64,000 nt of DNA from Paraspadella gotoi (taxonomy: Eukaryota; Animalia; Chaetognatha): NCBI GenBank assembly GCA_051294375.1, contig CM119270.1:18657546-18721545 (forward strand), given 5' to 3'. This document shows positions 1 through 14,489 of the stretch, one piece after another. The notes beneath the pieces were generated by a model. The model saw only the letters and a program-made list of their open reading frames with translations, did no database searches and had not been told where the DNA came from. Both the position numbers and the translations under genes were made by a program. Numbering within the stretch: position 1 is the stretch's first letter; each line of letters opens with the position of its first letter.

Positions 1-729
1 TTTATTTATCATTTTATTTTTCCTATTTTTTATTCTTTTGGGATAAAAGGAAAGAGAAGAAAAGAGACTCGATCCGCGACTTTCAGCTCCGTCGGTATCG
101 CGGACTCCGATCATTAAAGCCCGGATGCCGCGGCGAGAGGGGAGAAAAGAGAAGAGAAGAGAAGAGTATGACCCGTCGGGGTCAGGTTCGGGTCAGGTCC
201 GCGACCTGAGCCGCGGACGGAGGAGAACAAAAGCCGGCAGCCGGAAAATAATAGAGTGACCGAAATAGGGNNNNNNNNNNACCGAAAAACGGAGGACGAA
301 AGGTAAGTTTTTGTTTGGTGTGGATCGGATTTTTGGTGACGCTTCCCACGGGGAAGGAAGAGGAAGAGGAAGAGAGGGGGAAGGGAAGGGAAGGAGGGCA
401 TGAAAAGATAATAATAGAAATAGCAAAGGGATAATATGACAAATGAAATTAGAATTGCCGAAAAACTGACGCCAAGCGGAATGATAAAAATAAATCAGTC
501 AAACAATCAAAAAAATAATCAGTCAATCAATCAATCGATCGATGAGTCAATCAATAAATTAATTAATCACTTCGAAGTACGACAACCACAAACGTCCTCG
601 TCTTCGTCGTTATCGTCGTCGTCGTCGTCGTCGTCGTCGTCTTCATCATCGTCTCGTGAAAATTATTAATGTTCGCTTCTCAATCGTCGTCTTCGTCCCG
701 GAAAGATAAAAGCGCAACAGACGATTGAT

Positions 730-856
730 CGCTTCTCATTGGTCGGTAGCAATTTACGACTTCTGATTGGTCGGTAGCGATTGATGACTTCTGCTTGGTC
801 AGTAGGACTTGACCACTTCTGATTGGACAATCGTTATTGTCAACTACTGATTAGGT
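730..856. repeat. 28-bp minisatellite, about 5 copies, most carrying ATTGG (reverse CCAAT)
   Basis: Unit approx. CTTCTGATTGGTCGGTAGCGATTGATGA; ATTGG at 738, 766 and 822, variants at 794 and 850, exact 28-bp spacing. Confidence 0.8.
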
Positions 857-886
857 TGTGATTTTTTTTATTATTTGATCCAGAAG

Positions 887-1004
<118 letters not shown>

Positions 1005-2728
1005 GGCAAAGGCTCAACTTAATCGCCGATTCATCGATTTCTCTCCTTACAACTTTTTTTCTCCCGAAAGACGCTTTATTAATGATCGTCTTGAATCGTC
1101 GCTACTTTGTCATGGCACACACTTCTTTGAGTTTAGTTTAAAGTTAGGTTTGTTAATAACTTGTTTAATAGTCGTTAAATTATATAAAAATTGTGATATT
1201 TTTTATGTAATTGACTTGTTATTGTTAAGATGATCAAAGATTGAAGAGTTTTAACTTTTTTCACTCGAATAATTGATGCGATCAGAAAGAAAACAAAAGG
1301 TGCTAAGATAATAAAAAGCGCTCAGTTGAAAAAAGGTGCCCAGATGTGCTATAAAAAAGGCGCACAGATAGCTTTTGGGCGCACAATGTTTAAGAAATAA
1401 TGTATGTCAAAAAACATATGCAGACAATAAAAGTAGTGTTGATTACAAAAGTGTGCAAATAAATATCAAAAGAGATTTGTAAATAGTAAGAGGTGCAAAG
1501 ATACGGTACAAATTCGTAAATGATATAATACGGATAAGAAAATAATGTGGAGATAAAGAAAAGCGCATAGGTAAAAAAGGCGCACAAGTAAAATAAAAGC
1601 GCCTACCTGAAAATGGCGCGTAAATAATAAACACATCACATCGCTCATTGACGAGAAAGAAAGACGCACAGATGCGCTCATTGACCAGAAAAAAAAGGTT
1701 TTGATTGCGTCGAATTTTCGATTTCGTCGTCGTTGTTGTCGTCGTCGTCGTCACGAAGATGTTGAGTTTTATAAATGATGAAATGTTTTGAAAAGAAAAA
1801 ATCTTAAGAGAAGAATTATGAAAGGAAAAAAAAAGAAAAAAGAAAGAAAAAATTTCAGCAGGAATGTGTCTTTATTTTTGCCCGTAAGAAAAAATGAGAA
1901 AGAAAAAAGAAAAAAAAGGAGAAAGAAAGGAAACTTCTCTGAAAATGTTGTTGCTGATGTTCATCGTTGTTCTCTTTTTTTTTCACAAAAAAGATACGAA
2001 AATATTTAAAAAAAAAAAAAAATAAAAAAGATTTATTTTTTTGTGATATGAAACGAGGGATATAATTTTATTGTCTTCATTTTTAATAATTTAAAGTCAC
2101 GACAATTTCTTTTTTTGATAAGCGATAATCGTAAAAAGAGTTTTGGAACCAAATGAGTCATCAGATTTAAGTTTTTAAAATGAAAAAAGAGAGAAAAAAA
2201 CTGACTGAAACGGCCGATTGTAACGCAGTAAATAAAGTATATATATAAAATACACAGTATATATTTCGCCTTGCATTGAACGCTTGTATTTTACAATACT
2301 CTGTTTAAGTGTTTTTTTTAAAAATTGTTTTGTATTAAACTGACAAGCGCTCACCTCGTTCTACATCTGAGCGCTCAATCGAATCAATTCTTTCATCGTC
2401 TTTCGATTTTTCTTCGCGCTTTTGTTCTTTCATGGTTTTTCTTTATTTTCACTACACTTCTGTTTATATTTACGCTACACTTCTTCCTATATTTTTGCTA
2501 CACTACTTAACTCTATTTTTACTACACGAAGATAGAAAAATAAGTGTAATGAAAATAAAGAAAGAAGTCTAGCTAAAATAAAAAATGAATAAAATAAAAA
2601 ATAAATTTTTGCTACACTTCTTTTTCACGCGTTTTTTTATGGCTTTTCAGGTTTACTTTTATCACAATTTTTCACATTTTAAAAAATCCTTTTCTTTCTA
2701 GTTTTTCACTTCTCTGTTACCCCAATTC

Positions 2729-2835
2729 TCGCTCCTTTTCCCCTTAAATTTTTGCTCTTTTTCCCCTTAAATTGTCGCTCATTTTCCCCTTAAATTTTCG
2801 CTCCTTTTTCCCTTAAATTTTCGCTCCTTTTCCCC
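2729..2835. repeat. ~23-bp minisatellite (CGCTCCTTTTCCCCTTAAATTTT), about 5 copies
   Basis: Tandem units read directly. Confidence 0.8.
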
Positions 2836-4957
2836 ACAACCATCTTCCTTTTTTTAATCTTTTCCTCTTTTAACTTCTGATGCTTCTATCACAGAACGGA
2901 GACTTATTCAGAAAGTACAAATTTATCCGAAATCTATTTTTCCCGATACCGTCTTAGCTTTTTTAGGTCATCTTAATATCAAGAAATTGTTTTGTGTTTT
3001 TGTTTTGTTTTCTTTTTTCCCTTTATCTGAAAACCAGAACCAGTAAGTTCAAGGTGACTTTCTAAGGTGGACTCGTTTCCGTAATGCAAGTACAATAAAA
3101 CATATGCACACTCTGCACATTATATTGCATCACCATACTTCATAGTATTTTTTAAAACGATGCAGCATTACGTGAATTCTGAGCATTTAAAACCGATGGA
3201 TGTACGGATGTCAAAAATGTGACTAAAAAATCGCATATTCGAATGGAAGGAGAAAATGAGCGTCATTCTTTTCGGGTTGAATTTTTTCAGTGGAATCTTG
3301 CAATATCAGTAACATTCTTTAGTTCTATACTACAATTGGATAGATCTTTTTAAACCGAATATAACTTGGTGCGAACTTTTTGCGGTGGTCGTTCTTGTTG
3401 AAGGCTTAATCACAGATTTCACCGGGGATAAATCGAACAAAAAGGAAAGGATAACCTGCGAATCTCTCTCTTCTCCCATCTCATCTCTCTACTCCTCTCT
3501 CTCTCTCTCTACTTCTCTCTCACGACTCTCCTGACTCTCCTTTAAAAAGAAGACCTTTGCATAATTTTCGTTTCTCGTCTCAGTTTAAAAAATGACGTGA
3601 ATTGTCGATGAAAAAAAAACTAAAGGAACAAAAAAATTGAAAAAAAGCAAAAGAAAGAGAGAAGAAAGAGAGAGGAGAAGAGAGAGAGAGGAGGAGAGAA
3701 AGAGGAGGAAGAGAGTAGAGAGAGAGAGAGATTGAAAATATGAGTTTGATTGATGGATTTATTTTGCTCAAAATGTGGTTTATTTACAAATCAACAGAAT
3801 TAGAAACAGAGAAAGAGAAGAAAGAGAGACGATAGAGAAAGAAAGACGGATAGAGAGAGATAGAGATAGAGATCGAGAGCATACGAATAGATAAAAAAAA
3901 AAAATAAACGAAAAAAAAGGGAAAAATAAATGAGAAAAAAAATTGTGTTGTTCATCTGTTCGACGATCATGAAAGAAAAATTGGAAATTGATAAAGGCGA
4001 AGGTGAAGGACAAAAGCATCTCGATGTTATGAAGGGAAAATAAAACCGGTGTCGTAGTGACATCGATACAGACAGACGGACAGATAAATAACTAGACGGA
4101 CAACAGACTGAAAGACAGGCAAACATACAGATTGATGTTAAGATGTTAAGACAGACTGAGAGATAGACCGATACTGACCGAGCGTCACATGGATAGACGG
4201 ACAAACAAAGGGACAGAAAGAAAGACAAAAAGACCGACAGATAAACAACGAGACGATAAGAAATAATTTGACAAATTTCGCGTCACTGAAGTCTTTGTTC
4301 TAGTTTAATAACAAAAACGTTCCTAAAAAAAATTGTTTTGTTAAGTTCGAATAATGATGGTAAGTTTTTTTTTACTTTTAGATCAATTTGTTTTTACGGT
4401 AGTATGATTTTTTTCGGGAAAAAACCGAACCGAGTCAATTCCGTAACAATTACCTCCCCCCAGTCATTTAAGGCAATTTCCTGTGAACGTGATCCGTTGT
4501 GAAACGAGTCAATAGAGTGAGTCTCACTGGGCAGTCGAGTGATCGTCGTGGGACAAGTCTAGACTCGTCGTCGTCCGGCGAGGCTGAGTCAATGTGATTT
4601 CGATGACCGAACGACGACGAAGACGACGACGACGACGACGACGTCGACGGTTGAAAAACCCACATGTAAAAAAAAACCGAAGGGAAGTACAACAAAAAGA
4701 AACATTTAATATGACCCAAAATACGAAACAAAAAAAACAAAACAAAAAAAAACAACAATAAAACGAAAGTCGGGAATCCAGTATTCAAAACTTATATATT
4801 ATCAGTAATAACGATAATATTAATGAAGTAAGTAGTGAAATACAAAGAGTAAGAAAGATCCGAAAAATCTAAAGAATAAACGACAACAACAACAACCAAG
4901 GATTTCTTTTCCTTTCCCACGTCACCGTCTTTTTTACTCTCGACTATGAGAGGCCAG

Positions 4958-4999
<42 letters not shown>

Positions 5000-5178
5000 A
5001 GAGCGAATATGAGAGGCCAGAGCGAGCGAGAATAAATCTCCCCTTTTCCTTTCCTCCCTACGTCTTTCTCTTCCTCCCTGTTTTTCTCTTTCCTCCTTTC
5101 CGTTTCCACTTTCCCCCGTCTTCCTCTTTCCCCCTTTCCGTTTTTCTCTTTCCNNNNNNNNNNNNNNNNNNNNNNNNN

Positions 5179-5210
<32 letters not shown>

Positions 5211-6314
5211 GAAGAGAGGAGAAGAGAGAGAGCCAGAAGCGAATATGAGAGGCCAGAGCGAGCGAGAAATAAATCTCCGCCTTTTCCTTTCTCCCTACGT
5301 CTTTCTCCTTGCCTCCCTGTTTTTCTCTTGTCCTCCTTTCCGTTTCACTTTCCCCAGCGTTCTTCCTCTTTCCCCCTTTCCGTTTTTTTTCCTCTTTCCT
5401 ATATCCCGTATTCCTTCTCTTAATTCACTCCCCTATTTTCTCCTCGCTCTTCTTCCGCGCTTCTCTCATCAATACTTGTGTCATTTTTTTGGTCCCTCCC
5501 ACTCCCCCCTTCCTCTGTCTCAAACTCCCCCTCCCATTAAACTTTCCCCCTTCCTCCCCTCTCTCCTCCGCCTACCTCTCCCTCCCTTCCTCTGTCTCAC
5601 TCCCACTCCGCTTTAAACTTTTCCCTTCCTCCCCTCTCTCCCTCCGCCCTCCCTCCCTCCCTTCCTCTGTCTCACTCCCCTCCCATTTAACTTTCCCCTT
5701 CACTCCCCTCTCTCCCCAGTCCGCTCTCCCTCCATCCTTCCCTCTGTCACACTCCGCACACTCACTTTTTAACTTTCCCCCTTCCTCCCCTCTCTCACTC
5801 CGGCCCTCTTCCCCCTTCCTCTGTCTGCACTCCCCCCTTCCCTTTCCAGTTCCCCCCCTCTCTACTCCCCGCACCTCCCTCCCAGTTTTTTTCCTCCCCA
5901 ACGCTTCGGTCTCGAGCATTCGGGTTTTAAGCCCAGATTAGACTTTGTCTTCGCAGGAGATTCACTCGGGTTCACTCAGACTCTCTTGGATTCACTCTCT
6001 AGGTTCACCGCCTCGAAATCACGTCTGATCTCCGGGAAAGAAACTCTCAACCAGGTACAATGGAATGGACAGCAGGTGCCACCGGTGAAAATATACGAGA
6101 TGCATACAGATGCAATTGCAATCAGTGAAGTCGTGGACCAACTTTAGTTTAGCGTTGGGAATCTCACAGGCGCGACCAGTTGGGATCGAGCTCGATCAGG
6201 CTGATCGTTGGGCACAATCAGGCACCTCGTCTGCACTTCTAGTTCATTGTTCTTCGCGCTTAATCAGGCCGTCCATAAATTAGGCGACAGGTCGGACTCT
6301 GCCCCTTCGTGCTG

Positions 6315-6555
6315 TATCAGGCGGATTTTCTGACTATATCAGGCGGACTTTCTGCTCTCTATCTGGCGGTCTTTTCTACTCTATCAGGCCAAATTCTTTT
6401 CGACTCTAACAAGTAGTCTTTTTGCCCTATTAGGTGGGCATTCCTACTCTATCAGACAGTCTTACCGAACCTATCAGGCGGTCTTTCCTAGTATATCAGG
6501 TGGTCTTTACGACTCTATCCGGCATTCTTTCCGACAAAATCCGGCGATCTTTTCG
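6315..6555. repeat. Degenerate ~22-bp minisatellite (TATCAGGCGGTCTTTCTACTC-like)
   Basis: Recurrent TATCAGGCGG core about every 22 bp. Confidence 0.7.
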
Positions 6556-7064
6556 GCAGACCATCGACCTCGCGTCTCAGGGAAAAAAGGAGATTATGCA
6601 AATGATTCGGCGTCGAAGTGAATTCTCCTCTGATCGCATCGAAGGTACAATCGTCGACGCTTCGATCGCATTTTATGCGATCAGAGAAAAAAGTTAAGAT
6701 TAAGATTATAGGGACGACGACAACAACAACAACCACAACTACAACAACAACAACAAACAACAACAAAAAACAACAAAAACAAAACATTAACAAACTACAA
6801 CTACAGGAACAACAACACAAAAAACAATTCACAACAAAAACAGTAACCCCGAAATACTACAATAAAAAAAACAACAATAAAAAAAAGATCACAACCCCAC
6901 CAAACAACAACAACAACAGCATAAACCCTGGGGCTGAATTTTGGCGAAGGTCGATCGATCACACGAAATAAAATTTGATGTAAGAAAAAAAACATTTGAA
7001 GGACGAAAACAAAAGAAAACAAAAAAGAAAGAAAATTTAAGTAAAAAGGAAATAAGAAACATTT

Positions 7065-7095
<31 letters not shown>

Positions 7096-7534
7096 ATGTC
7101 GACTCGTCCCCAGAACCTCGCAGGGAAAAAAACTTTTTTTCCGTCTCTTCTCAATTCCCAGTTGTCGTCGTCGTCGTTGTTGTCGTTGTTGTTGTCGTCA
7201 TCGTTTTAACTGAAGTTGTTAATGTTGTTTTCTTTGTACTGATATCGAAACGAATACGATCAGCGATGCCGAGTAGAAAGGATTCGAACCCGCGAACTTT
7301 ACGCCACGCCACAAACGTCCGAGTCAACTACGCCACAAAGAAAGCGAATCACGTCACGTTCGCCGTCGTTGTCGTCGTCTTCGTCGGCGTTGTCGTTGTC
7401 ATGGTTTCATCGTCGTCGTCGTCGTCGTCGTCATCGTCGTCGTCGGTATCATCTTCTTCTCGTTTCCAATTTTGTCGCAAAGAAGCGACGAAATTCGCAG
7501 TTTGGTTCGCGCCGAGAATCCCAGCCGAGTTCTC

Positions 7535-7587
<53 letters not shown>

Positions 7588-8856
7588 TCGTCGTTCGTTG
7601 TCGTTCGTCGTCATCTGCGAAGGCAAAGCGGTTCAACACCGAGAAGTTAAATATCAGTCAAGTTTTAACTCACTGACGAAACCCAATCGAGGACAAACTG
7701 CATTTTCCAATAACATCCGGGTCGAGGAGACGTGAAAACCCTTGGGTTTAGTATTACATCCGGGACAAATAAATTAGCTCAAGCCTATAAGGTGATATTA
7801 CATTCGGGCCGAGTCAATGACGAAGCCTGTAGGTCACTATTACATACGAGTCAAACTCGCAGGGTCTCAGCTGCTCGTTTATAGTACAAGTCGGTCGTCG
7901 ACGCACACATTTTTCGATAATTACATTTTTCATCATAAAAGTCAAAACTGGTTCCACGTGTGTCTTTTTTCCGTATGCATGAATCTCTCTCCTCTTCTCA
8001 ATCTCTTCTCTCTGTCTCCCTCCTCCTCCCCAACAGTCAGCGCTCGACCGTTCCTCCCTCGTCTCGTCTCTCTCTCTCTCTCACCTCTCTCTCTCTCTTA
8101 TTTTCGTGTCGGAACCACCGCATTTTTTAATGTTTTTTTTTTCTTGATTTGCCTTTTTTTTCATTTGCTTCGGCGGCGGCGGCGGCGGCGGCCCTCGGAA
8201 TGCCGCATGATGACGACGGGGATAAATCTACGGCATTTTGATGGCCTCGTCGGCGGCGTCGGCTGCGGCGGCTGAGGTGATGCTGCCGCGGGTGGGTAAG
8301 TCGGAATTCGGTCTCTCGATGGAATTTCGGAAGAAAGGAGAGGCGGATGGAATTGAAGAGGGGGAGTCAGCGGTTGATTGAACGTATAGGGAATATGATA
8401 ATTGAATGAATGTAATGTAATGATATGAATTGAATAATGATGAATGTAATGTAATGAATGATTATAAATGAATGAATGAATGAATGAATGAATGAATGAA
8501 TAAAAGTGAGAAAACTTGTGGGAGAACGATTGTCCAATGACCACATCAATGACCACATCAATGTCCACATCAACGATTAAAGAATATCGAGAAATTCGTG
8601 AAATGTAAAATGGAGTTGATGAAAATTAAATGAACCTTTGAAGAAGTGAATAATTGGTATGAATAAATAAATTATTTTATTAATTGATTTATAATTCCAA
8701 GAATTAACTGAAAGAAAGAAATAATGATTGAATGAATGAATGAATGAATGAGTACGGCATTGACGAACTCTCAATCTATCTATCAATCAATAAATCAATA
8801 AATCAATCAATCGATCAATCAATCAATAAATCAATCACTCAATCAATAAATAAATA

Positions 8857-8932
<76 letters not shown>

Positions 8933-9490
8933 CACTTTACGCGCTTATTTCTCGCCGCCAGGTGTCGTCTGTCGATGCAAATTGTCATAAAACACGCTCC
9001 TTGACCAATGACCACGCGAGGTCCACACGATGTGGATTATTCTACAACTGTTAGACGGTCGGTCGATCGAGAGATTCTGATTTTGGACTGCAGCCTCAAC
9101 CCACCAGAACTACCGCAAATCAATCAGCCACTCACCCACCTGACCTTTTTTTACTCCCCTTACCTACTAACCACTCTCCACCCTTAACCACCTTCGGGTC
9201 CTTCGCCCCCCCCCTTCGCTCCCAAGAGCTGGGTCCGCCTCCCAAGGGACGTGGGAATCCTGACCTCGAAATCGCGTGACATTTTGAGAAGTCGATGGGG
9301 ATGAAGGAAACGTCAATGCATGAGAGGGGGAGAGAGAGAGAGANNNNNNNNNNNNNNNNNNNNNNNNNNNNNNNNNNNNNNNNNNNNNNNNNNNNNNNNN
9401 NNNNNNNNNNNNNNNNNNNNNNNNNNNNNNNNNNNNNNNNNNNNNNNNNNNNNNNNNNNNNNNNNNNNNNNNNNNNNNNNNNNNNNNNNN

Positions 9491-9523
<33 letters not shown>

Positions 9524-9884
9524 AAGAACAAGCAGCGAAAAAAAACTTAAAAATTAAAAAGCGGTAGAACAAGAAAACTCAACTTTTCAAATTGTAAAAC
9601 TAAATATTCGCAGTTAAAGATTCCAAACAGTTTATGAACAATGATTGTAATTACATACGAATCTCATATAAATCTAATCATTAAAGATTCCAAATATAAC
9701 TTCTTTTTTTCTTGTGAAAAAATAGACATTAATTCAGAAATAAAAAAAGATGAAAAAAAAGGAAAAAAGGAATTTTTTTAAGGAGAGAAAACAAATCTTT
9801 GTTTACTTTGTGTTGGTGCTTAGCTCTCTGATGGCACAGAATTAAATAGATTTAGAGCCGTAAGAGGGAAAGAGTGTGAGAGAG

Positions 9885-9929
<45 letters not shown>

Positions 9930-10251
9930 CAGCCAAAATTAGAGAAAGAATCGCGAAGATATAAAAATGAAGAGACAAATTGAGAAAATTAAAGAGAGAG
10001 AGATAGAGGGAGAGAGAGAGAAAGATAGAAAGAAAGAAAGAGAGAGAAACAGAGAGAGAGAGAGAAAGAAACAGAGAGAGAGTGAGAAAGAGAGATAAGC
10101 GAAGGCTTGTGAAATAAATGCTTGCGGCGCGTGAACGCGTCGTGAGGTGAACGTGTTTTGTTTTCACCAATCTCTGCTCTTTTGTTTCAGGTGATGTCAA
10201 AATGAATAAATAAATAATGAGAAAAGCCAATGATAAGAGATGATAAATGAA

Positions 10252-10299
<48 letters not shown>

Positions 10300-10936
10300 T
10301 ATTTCATAAATCTTCATTTTAAACATGAGATACATTGAAGTCGCGTTTAGAAGGAAAGTATAATAATTTCTAATCTTTAGTTATGAATAGTAAGGTTTCC
10401 CTAATTATTATATAACATATTAAAATCATATCTTAAACATAATAATTTACAAAGCTTGACAAATGCATCTGGGAAATAACGAAATAGGAAATTGCCAAGC
10501 GTCTTGACTTCTGTCTGCAAAAATAATATTCAAGGAGATNNNNNNNNNNNNNNNNNNNNNNNNNNNNNNNNNNNNNNNNNNNNNNNNNNNNNNNNNNNNN
10601 NNNNNNNNNNNNNNNNNNNNNNNNNNNNNNNNNNNNNNNNNNNNNNNNNNNNNNNNNNNNNNNNNNNNNNNNNNNNNNNNNNNNNNNNNNNNNNNNNNNN
10701 NNNNNNNNNNNNNNNNNNNNNNNNNNNNNNNNNNNNNNNNNNNNNNNNNNNNNNNNNNNNNNNNNNNNNNNNNNNNNNNNNNNNNNNNNNNNNNNNNNNN
10801 NNNNNNNNNNNNNNNNNNNNNNNNNNNNNNNNNNNNNNNNNNNNNNNNNNNNNNNNNNNNNNNNNNGAAACGAAATGTTGTCATTAACAATGAAATCGAC
10901 TCGAAATTGACTCATCGAAGACGAACCCGATTTTTT

Positions 10937-11272
10937 GGCTCTTTTTTCCAAAAGCCCCCCATTTCTGTTTATAAATTTTAATCCTATTATTTAATTTTAA
11001 TCTGTAATTAAATTTTTAATCTAATATTTAATTTTAATCCCTAACCCTAACCCCAATTTATAAAAAATGTTAATTGTCTAAGCACTGATGAAGGCTTGAA
11101 TGTAAGTCAAAACTTGTCTGCATTATTAAAATAAAATCATTGATGTAAAAAGTCTACGTCTTTAATCTCAAATAATTTTTTAACCATACCTTTAACCTAT
11201 TATTTAAACTTAAAAAACTAAATTAAATTACGAATTAAAAATGAAATGGGACGTTGTGGAAAAAACAAAGCC
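10937..11272. mobile_element. MITE-like element with imperfect ~28-bp terminal inverted repeats and internal CCCTAA repeats
   Basis: Left GGCTCTTTTTTCCAAAAGCCCCCCATTTC versus reverse complement of right end GGCTTTGTTTTTTCCACAACGTCCCATTTC; CCCTAACCCTAACCC near 11039; contains a hammerhead-like insert. Confidence 0.5.
11082..11121 (+). ncRNA. Minimal type I hammerhead ribozyme-like motif (Penelope pLTR type), core mutated
   Basis: GCA-CTGATGA-A-GGCTT-gaatgt-AAGTC-AAAA-C-TT-GTC-TGC. Stem I GCA/TGC, stem II GGCTT/AAGTC, GTC cleavage triplet, AATAAA just downstream. The GAAA box reads AAAA at 11109. Confidence 0.5.
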
Positions 11273-12109
11273 GATTTTTTTGGGCATAGAGAAAGATTTG
11301 TATTTTCTCCGTTTTCTCCACCGATATAGCGCAATGTATCCTTTAATATTTGAAAGCAATGCCTAATACATAAATCGCATTAGTAGATCATCCAAGGATG
11401 TTATCAATATATCATACAAGCATGTAATCAATATATCATACAAGGATGTCATCAATATATCATACAAAGATGTCAGGGATTGACCAGTTTATTCATGTGA
11501 CTTTCAGTTTTGGACGAAAAGTCATGAAAAGAATATTTGAATCCGGGATTTTTGCGGTATTCGCTTTTTTTCATCATCATGGTCGTCGTCGTCGTCGTCG
11601 TCGTCGTCGTCCTTGCCGACAAGGTTGTCGTCATATTCGTTTTTTTTTCTGTCGTCCCTTGATTTTTGAATTTTTTTCTTCATCGACATCGTCGTCGTCA
11701 TCATCATCATCGTCATCATCGTCATCATCATCGTNNNNNNNNNNNNNNNNNNNNNNNNNNNNNNNNNNNNNNNNNNNNNNNNNNNNNNNNNNNNNNNNNN
11801 NNNNNNNNNNNNNNNNNNNNNNNNNNNNNNNNNNNNNNNNNNNNNNNNNNNNNNNNNNNNNNNNNNNNNNNNNNNNNNNNNNNNNNNNNNNNNNNNNNNN
11901 NNNNNNNNNNNNNNNNNNNNNNNNNNNNNNNNNNNNNNNNNNNNNNNNNNNNNNNNNNNNNNNNTAGATATAAATTGATAACTGCGATGGAGAGAGTTAC
12001 GTTTGGGAAATACGAAGTTAGTAAATAAATTTAATTTGTTTCGGAGAATTGATTCATCAGAATTTATGACAAAAATAGCAAGTATAGAAAATTAAAAATT
12101 GTAATTCCT

Positions 12110-12200
<91 letters not shown>

Positions 12201-12246
12201 TTTTCTTTATTTATTTATTCAATTATTTATTTATTTATTTATATTT

Positions 12247-12301
<55 letters not shown>

Positions 12302-12303
12302 TT
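12110..12303. repeat. (TTTA)n microsatellite
   Basis: Direct reading; a long (AAAT)n also at 61645-61880. Confidence 0.95.
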
Positions 12304-13865
12304 CGTCGTCTTCTTGGGTCAATTATTCACAACTCAAAAAACAAATATCAAACACATCCCCGATGAGTCCCCCTTTAAAATAAAAATAAATAAATAAAAG
12401 AAGATTTCGGTTTTCACTTTTTTTCTCACTTTTTTATCCTTAAAAATACCTTCACACGGTTTCCCACTGTCACTCCGACCCCCGGTGATACATTCACACG
12501 GTGAAACCTCACGAATTGACTTTAATCACAGCAACGAATCGCGTGACGACGATGATGATGACGACGACGAGGATGATGAAGATGTCGATGATGATAATGA
12601 TGATGATGACGATGATGATGATTTATTTGAACGAACGAAAAACCTACATTCGTTATTTCGACGAACCATTGCAAAAAAAAAAAAAAAGAAAAGAAAAGAA
12701 ATAGGGTGACTAATCTCGTCAATTGTTGAGTTAAATTTCAATGAAGAGATAAACCGCAGCCACTTGTCCCTTTTCAACCTGCCCCCACCTTCACGGCCGC
12801 AGCCTGACCTCACCAGACCTCACCCATCACCGACGTCACCCTCCTGTGAAACTCAAAGGATCGAGAGAATTTGAACGGAAAGATGCCATGTATTGATAAT
12901 TTGGTGAGACGACGACGACGACGACGATNNNNNNNNNNNNNNNNNNNNNNNNNNNNNNNNNNNNNNNNNNNNNNNNNNNNNNNNNNNNNNNNNNNNNNNN
13001 NNNNNNNNNNNNNNNNNNNNNNNNNNNNNNNNNNNNNNNNNNNNNNNNNNNNNNNNNNNNNNNNNNNNNNNNNNNNNNNNNNNNNNNNNNNNNNNNNNNN
13101 NNNNNNNNNNNCTTTTTTTTTATCTTTCGATTTCTGTTTTTTTTTTTCGTCAACGATGACAACAACAACAACAACAACGACGACGACAACGACGGCGGGA
13201 TCGATAAAACATCGGTGGTCGAGTCTTTTCGAATCATCGATATCTATCACGATATCTATCCTCTCGCTTCAACGCGCCTCTTATTTTCAAACCGCATGGG
13301 AGGGGGTGTGACATTAATTCTAATCGGACCTTAATACACACAAGTTTCGTTACGATTTAAATACTAAATTCATTTTTTCAACTACATTAAAGGTACGAAA
13401 CAATACAGTACGATACGGTACAGTACGATACTGTGAGTTTCATTAGTATTATTTAGTAAGATTGAGAAAGCGCTAAGCCCCTCAACCAGCGTCAAACTGG
13501 GGAATTGTAAATCGTGTGTGAAGACTCGGTCCGTGAAGTCATTCTCTCTGTTGTGGAAAGAAAGAGTCTCCGGTGATTTTTTTTGTGAATATTCATTCTT
13601 CAATAGAATCGAAGAGGAAGAAGATTTCACCGGGAGTGAAAGGGATAGAGTGAGTGGTGAGGGGGTTGAGGTAGTAGGGTGGTTTAGGTGGAAGGGGTCG
13701 GTGGGACTGGTGTTCCAGAAAAGGAAATTGGGCCTTATATTCTCAGAACACCACGTCTGATTTTAAATTGGCAATTAAGTTAGTTTTTAGGTTTAAATAT
13801 TAGGTTAGGCCCTAGGTGTTATGGACAGGGGTTAGCCTAAAGGTATAAGGTTAGGGATTCGGGTT

Positions 13866-14458
13866 ATGAATAAAGGGATTAAGAATTAAGGTTAGGAACT
13901 TGGTTAGGAGTTACGTATTGGGGATAGGGATTAAGGATAGTTATTGGTTAAAATATTTATTTAGGTTAAAATTGAATTAAGAACTGGGGCACTCTAGGAA
14001 AATAGTGCCGGAAATGTAATGTAAGCGTTGATTTTTGCCACAGGTAGAAGAGAAGAGTGATGGAAGAAGTACAGCAACAACTACAGCAACAACAACAATA
14101 ATAACAACAACAGCATTAATTTCAAGTACTACAACAAGAACAAAAATGTTGATAAATGCAACAACAGTTTGCACTACAACAATAACAAAAACCCACAATA
14201 ACAAATACACCAATAACAACAACAACAACAACAGCACATCATCATCTCCTTTAAAAAAAACTCTTTTTTCATCTTTGGATTAAATTCGTTGATTCATCTA
14301 ATTGATAACTCGACGCCCGAACAGCGAAGATCGAAAGATCGAGAACGTCTCCCCGTGATTAAACGCCAAACATTAATTATTAATTAGTTATTTAAAAACT
14401 AATTTGGCGTTAAACTCAATTTCTCTTTTTATTTGGTGCTCGAGGGGAACGACTAGGG

Positions 14459-14489
<31 letters not shown>

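Noticed and set aside
4991-5400. Direct duplication around the gap at 5154-5178
   Set aside because: The second copy differs mainly by indels and flanks an N gap; assembly overlap artefact.
13780-13970. Interstitial telomere (TTAGGG-like tracts; also 11039 and 32895-32980)
   Set aside because: Short and highly degenerate; better explained as MITE-internal repeats.
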